The notes beneath the pieces are model-generated. The model saw nothing but the letters and a program-made list of their open reading frames with translations. It did not search any database and had not been told where the DNA came from. From positions 310,001-374,000 of the forward strand of contig CBFFRQ010000057.1 of NCBI GenBank assembly GCA_965644315.1: 64,000 bases of DNA. Reading direction: 5' to 3'. The stretch comes from Caecitellus pseudoparvulus (Eukaryota > Protista > Bigyra: Bicosoecida). The position numbers and the translations under genes were made by a program. Shown here one piece after another: positions 59,557 through 64,000 of the stretch. The stretch's first letter is position 1. Each line of letters opens with the position of its first letter.

Positions 59557-61376
59557 ATGGAGCAAGTCTCCGAAAGCAGTGCCGACAGGCACGAGGGCAT
59601 CGCGGCAAGGGTCGTGCCAGCCGAGGAGCGCAAGCTGCAGGATGTGTATGTCTTGGGCTGTTATGGCGTGACCATGTTGCTTGCTCTGGCCATGGGCTTT
59701 GCCGCAGTAGGGAGCGCAAAGGACCTGGGTGCGTAGACCTTCGCAGGCGGGCTTCCATGTGATTCCAGCACCACACACACACCCTGCCCTGCCGAGACAG
59801 ACAAGCTGGAGCAAGATCTGAAAGACTGCAACGCGGAACTGCAGAGCAACCGACTCCTGCAAGAGGTTCCTGAGGTGAACGAGTTCGACACGTCCACTGG
59901 CTTCGCCACCCTGGCTGCGTCACCTGGTGTGTCCTGGCCCCACGACCTGCGCCAGCTGCGCACTCACCCATCACTCTCGTGCGCCCCCGCTCCCTGCCCA
60001 CAGCCGCCTGTGCTGTCTCTGTGCTGTGTGCCCTGCTGCTGGGTGCACTGTGGATGTACCTGCTGAAGGAGTACACCCGCATGATGGTGTGGGGCACGAT
60101 TGGCTTCACGCTGGCGGTGCAAGTTGCGCTGGCCATTTGGCTGCTTGCCGCAGGTAGTACAGTGGGGGCAGTCATCATCCTCATTTTCACAGCTCTCTAT
60201 GCGCTCTTCATCTACTGCATCCGAGATTCGATAAACCTCAGCGCTGACATGCTGCAGCTGGGCGTGACTGCGTTGAAGGACTACCCCTCCCAGCTGCTGG
60301 TGAACACCCTCATCCTCATCGTCACACTGGTGCTCTTCGCTGTGCTCATTGTCTTCCAGATTTCGGCAGCTCTAGCCAGTGAGGTGCAGCAAGTAACGAC
60401 CGACAATGGGGGTAAAGCTTGCTCCATTGTCACTCCTGGCTGGGCGACGTTCTACCAGTACTTGGCCGGCTTCACCCTGCTGTGGACGTTGATGACAGGG
60501 ATGCAGGTCGCACAGTACTCTGCCGCATTCATGGCTGGGGAGTGGTACTTCAACCCCCCTGAGCGGCGGTGCAAGTCCCCCTCCTGGACAGGCCTCCGAC
60601 TGGGCATCACGCTGGCCGCAGGCACCAACATGGCTGCTGGCCTCGTGCTGGCCATCATTGAGATGATGCGGGACGCTGTGCGTCGTGCCCGCCAAGAAGG
60701 TGGCATCTGCATGGCGATCCTCGCATGCATCATCCGCATCATCCTGAACATCCTGGAGTTCATGACGAACTTCGCCACCATCATGGCAGCGGTGTCAGGC
60801 GAGGGCTTCATCGACGCGGCGAAGCACGGATCAACTGTGCTGAAGTATTCTTTTGTGGACGGGTACATCACCGACCGCATCTCCAAGCGCATCTTGTACC
60901 TGGGCGCAGTCGTGCTGGGCCTGCTGTCCGGCACCATTGCGTGGGCCTTGCTGGATTCTGCGACGGGGTACAACTCCATCTCCACAGAAGGCGCCTGGTT
61001 CTTCTTGATTGCCATCATGGTACTGCTCGGGCCGTTTGGAGTTTTGCTGGGCGCGATTATCGGCTCAGCGGTCCAGGGTCAGCTGGGCGTTGTGGTCATG
61101 GCCGGCTTCCTTGGCGCGGTGGCCTCCACCGCCGCCCTGTTCCTAGCTGAGACTCTCATCGATCTCACCAATGCCATGTTTGCGTTCTGGGCCATTGACA
61201 AGTACTGCTCCGTCACTTCGTACGGCTCGTCCCCCGCCATGGTTGCGGCCATGGAGGGCTTCGCAGCAGGGACGGGCCAGCTGAAGGCCGGCCAGCAGAG
61301 CAGCTCGACAGCAGCCGCCCCCCAGCAACACAGTGGTCCACCCCCCCACAACAACAATGGCCAGGGCAAGTGGTGA
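59557..61376 (+). CDS. Choline transporter-like (CTL/SLC44/Pns1 family) multi-pass membrane protein, ~556 aa; predicted exons 59557..59728, 59801..59926, 60004..61376
   Basis: About 10 hydrophobic segments with family-like motifs ERKLQDV, IRDSINLSADML, AGEWYF, GTNMAAGLVLAII, LEFMTNFATIMAAVSGEGFIDAAK. Two frame-consistent GT..AG introns (72 and 77 nt). The 5' exon assignment is less certain. Confidence 0.85.
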
Positions 61377-61870
61377 GCGCCTGTCCCGCGCCCAGCTGCT
61401 CGGCCCCGCCACGCATGCTGGCCTTGCCAAGTTTCCAATACACACCACTGGGGGGCACCCATGCTCGAAAGTAGAGACTCTGTGGCGTTCGCATAACCTT
61501 TTCTGCGCAGTGTGCGCTGCGCGGGGGGCTGGACTGGTCGTGTGTGCTTCGGGCATGCAGCGAGCGCCAGCGCCTCGTTGTGGCTTATGCAGCTAGTGAT
61601 GGCGGCGCACCAACCCTAGAGTGGTGTGTCATAGTTTGGCACAGCCTTCTGTGGACACCACGCCTCGCAAAATGTTGGGGGCATGAGTCTCCTAGCGCGC
61701 ACTGCCATCCTCGGACCAAGCGGGGACAGGACTTACGCCAGCAGCAGCAGCGTACAAATGCAAGCGTGCAGATGATGTGCCTGGCAACACTTCACCGCAC
61801 GGCATGCTTTCGAAGCGAAGTTTGTGAGCAAGCCCCCGCTCTCATTGTGCAATCACCTCTCGCTGCAGCC

Positions 61871-63025
61871 ATGCGTACGCTCGGTGCATGCCTGGCGTTG
61901 GGCTGCCTTGGGGCCGTGCTGGCGGATTCCGGCCAGGAGTTTTGCGATGACGCCTACGAGTGCAAGTTTTACTATGAGACAAGCACAGACCTACTAACGT
62001 ATGATCTGAGCCCACTTTGCAGCTCGGCTGGCTATGCGTTCCGTGACACAGTCAACACAGTGAGTGCACTGGCGTGGCCAGGGCAGTGCCTGCTGCCACG
62101 CTGCCAAACTTTGCTGGCTGCAGTTGCATACTCTCGCTTCTCCGCCGTTAACAGGTCCTCAATGACACTTACAACTTCAACATCTGTGGCTACAGCCCGA
62201 AGTACTGCATGCCTCAAGGTGCGGCAGTTGGTGCCGGCTGCCGCTGAGGCCTGGTGCTGCAGCGCGCTTTCCCCCTGCGCCCTGTGCAGGCTCCTCCCAG
62301 ATTTACACTGCTGGCGTCGCGGTGCAGTCCTGGGGCACTCCTCCAGCTTGCAACGCGAATACATTCAACTGCACAGACCCCGTGTCGCTGGAGAACGTGT
62401 GCTGCACTGAGGACTGCGAGGTGCTGGGCATTGACCCGCCCGAGTTTCGCATCAAGGACAAGAAGGTGTGTGCACAGCTGGCTGGCCTCACTGCTTCAAA
62501 TGGCCCAATCTGGCAGCTATGCCTTGCTTTGTTTGCTCGCAGAATCCCCAAACGGGTGGCTTGATCGTGCAGCATCGAGGCATGCCCCGCCAGCCTGGCG
62601 TGCTCAACCCGTGCCCGCCCACCAACAACTTCGGCGTGCAATACGGCCGCAACGTGACGTTCCACATCGAGTGCGACCCTTCTGTCAATTTGGAGTTTGT
62701 CGATGGCGAGGAGTCCCCAACGTGCTCCTACCAGCTGTACTTGAAGTCCAAGCATGCCTGTGGTGATGCGTACTCTGGCCCTGGCTCTGCCTCCTCTCGC
62801 AACGGGTTGGTGGCTGGGATGTTCTTCCTGGGACTCTTCATCGGCATCCTTGCTCTCGGAGGTTATTGGTGGTACACTGCAAAGTACGGCGGCTGCGGCA
62901 AGTCTGGCAGCTACTTCAAGTTCGGCTCTGGCTCAAGCGCCCCCTCTGGCACGGCTCCCTCTGCCTACGGCGGTTCTACGAAGGGAAGCTCCATGGGAAG
63001 CTCATCTTACTCCACTGTGGGATAA
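61871..63025 (+). CDS. Mannose-6-phosphate receptor homology (MRH) domain type I membrane protein (CD-MPR/Atg27-like); exons 61871..62059, 62155..62218, 62290..62465, 62543..63025
   Basis: Signal peptide MRTLGACLALGCLGAVLA; YDLSPL, YNFNICG, RNVTFHIECDP, EESPTCSYQLYLKSKHAC; TM GLVAGMFFLGLFIGILALGGYWWY; C-terminal YSTV. Three frame-consistent GT..AG introns. Confidence 0.85.
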
Positions 63026-63087
63026 GCTTAAGAATGCAAGCTTGGTAGCGGTGCCCTTTGCTGGGGCTGAGCCAGTAAGTGGATGCT

Positions 63088-64000
63088 TCACACACCACCG
63101 ATCTGGGGCCGCACCGCACTCTTGCGCTTGGCCTGCCGCTGCAAGAACGCCGCAGCATCTTGAGAAGGCGAACGAGGCTTCCCATGTCCTGAAAACTGAT
63201 CCCTATTCTGGGTCGAGCTGCTTTCTGTGTCTGCGGGACTTGGCGTAGGATTTGCCTGGCCAGCAAAGCCGATCACCTTAAGCCGTCCAGCTTGCTGGCG
63301 AACTTGAGTCAAGGCTTGCTGCAGGCGGCTCTCAAGCCTCATGATATATGCCTCTCGGTCGTCGAGTTGTGAGCCGCTCTCCTTTGCACGCAGGGCTCGC
63401 GCCCTTCGCCCTGCAACTCTTGCCGCAATGCGCTCGCGCACCCCGGCTCGCGACGGCGTGGCAGATTGCGAGCTACCCTGCGCCGAGGCGGGTCGATGTT
63501 CACCGCACTCAGTTCGTTGTGATGTGTCTGTCGCTTGCACGCTCTCAGCGCTCTTACTGCGGGATGCGCCATCCAGCCACTCTCGACGACTTCTCAGAGC
63601 CTCCGACAAGTCTCGAATGGAGCGCACTTTCGGGATGCTAAACACTTGCTGAGCATCCATCACATGGGGTGAAGTTGTTCCAGGCTGTTGAGGTACCCCG
63701 CCGATCGTCTGGGCCTCTGTTTGCCCGCTGCCCTCCTCTTGCCAGGCGGGCCGGCAACCCCCTGAAAACACCCTTTCAAGACCCTTTGCCTGGACCTTGC
63801 TTCCCCTCGATGGACCATCCCGGGTGTGCACAAGAGCAGGGGTGTTTGCTTGGGAAGCAATCTGGAGGTCTGCAGGCTGCTTGCCACGGTATCCTTGCGC
63901 CTTGCGCAGTTGGATCTCGAGCGTCGCGGCCCGCTGCTCTGCCTCTGCCTGCTTCGCAGCAGCTTGGGCTGCTTCCACTGTGGCACGTGTGGCCACCTCC
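63088..64000 (-). CDS. Partial hypothetical coiled-coil protein (5' part lies outside the window)
   Basis: 302-aa ORF open to the window edge, with coiled-coil stretches (AAKQAEAEQRAATLEIQLRK; REAYIMRLESRLQQALTQVRQQ). Convergent with the MRH gene. Confidence 0.55.
   Translation of the reverse strand, partial: EVATRATVEAAQAAAKQAEAEQRAATLEIQLRKAQGYRGKQPADLQIASQANTPALVHTRDGPSRGSKVQAKGLERVFSGGCRPAWQEEGSGQTEAQTIGGVPQQPGTTSPHVMDAQQVFSIPKVRSIRDLSEALRSRREWLDGASRSKSAESVQATDTSQRTECGEHRPASAQGSSQSATPSRAGVRERIAARVAGRRARALRAKESGSQLDDREAYIMRLESRLQQALTQVRQQAGRLKVIGFAGQANPTPSPADTESSSTQNRDQFSGHGKPRSPSQDAAAFLQRQAKRKSAVRPQIGGV

Noticed and set aside
61544-61870. Upstream extension of the MRH gene in the 288-aa ORF
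   Set aside because: The signal peptide starts at ATG 61871; the upstream codons look non-coding.
1-64000. CRISPR arrays, rRNA/tRNA genes, transposons, telomeric repeats
   Set aside because: No regularly spaced DNA repeats, recognisable structural RNA or transposase/RT motifs were seen by eye. The G-run at positions 1-7 is too short to interpret.

Overview
Eukaryotic, GC-rich (roughly 60-65% by eye) genomic DNA with short GT..AG introns (about 65-110 nt). The gene style suggests a heterotrophic protist, possibly a bicosoecid/Bigyra-like stramenopile; this is inference only. The first ~57.7 kb hold three co-oriented minus-strand giant secretory genes, about 18,800 aa in total and almost intron-free. 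Gene A (226-14289, ~4690 aa, secreted) ends in a peptidoglycan-directed cassette: two GH24 phage-lysozyme-like domains flanking a TSP1 repeat, then two bacterial-type M15 peptidase/peptidoglycan-binding modules. Three of these four enzyme domains look catalytically dead. Gene B (14796-43915, ~9680 aa, type I membrane protein) has a vitellogenin/LLTP-like N-terminus, a ~1100-aa amphipathic helical region, a beta-propeller, ~30 FnIII-like repeats, a GPS-like HLT motif, PKD domains, one TM helix and a tail with five G-x-NPM motifs. Gene C (44353-57700, ~4410 aa, secreted) has Cys-rich and FnIII-like repeats. All three carry R-x-L-x motifs (RRLL, RHLL, RRLQ, RSLA) at module boundaries, consistent with subtilase (S1P/SKI-1-like) processing as polyproteins. 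The last ~6 kb hold a class I heme (ascorbate/cytochrome c) peroxidase with a PTS1-like end, a CTL/SLC44 choline-transporter-like gene, an MRH-domain (M6P receptor/Atg27-like) membrane protein and a partial coiled-coil gene. Best candidate for a novel system: a clustered, proteolytically matured giant-protein apparatus for capturing, recognising or digesting bacteria. Domain calls are from motif recognition by eye, not from database searches.
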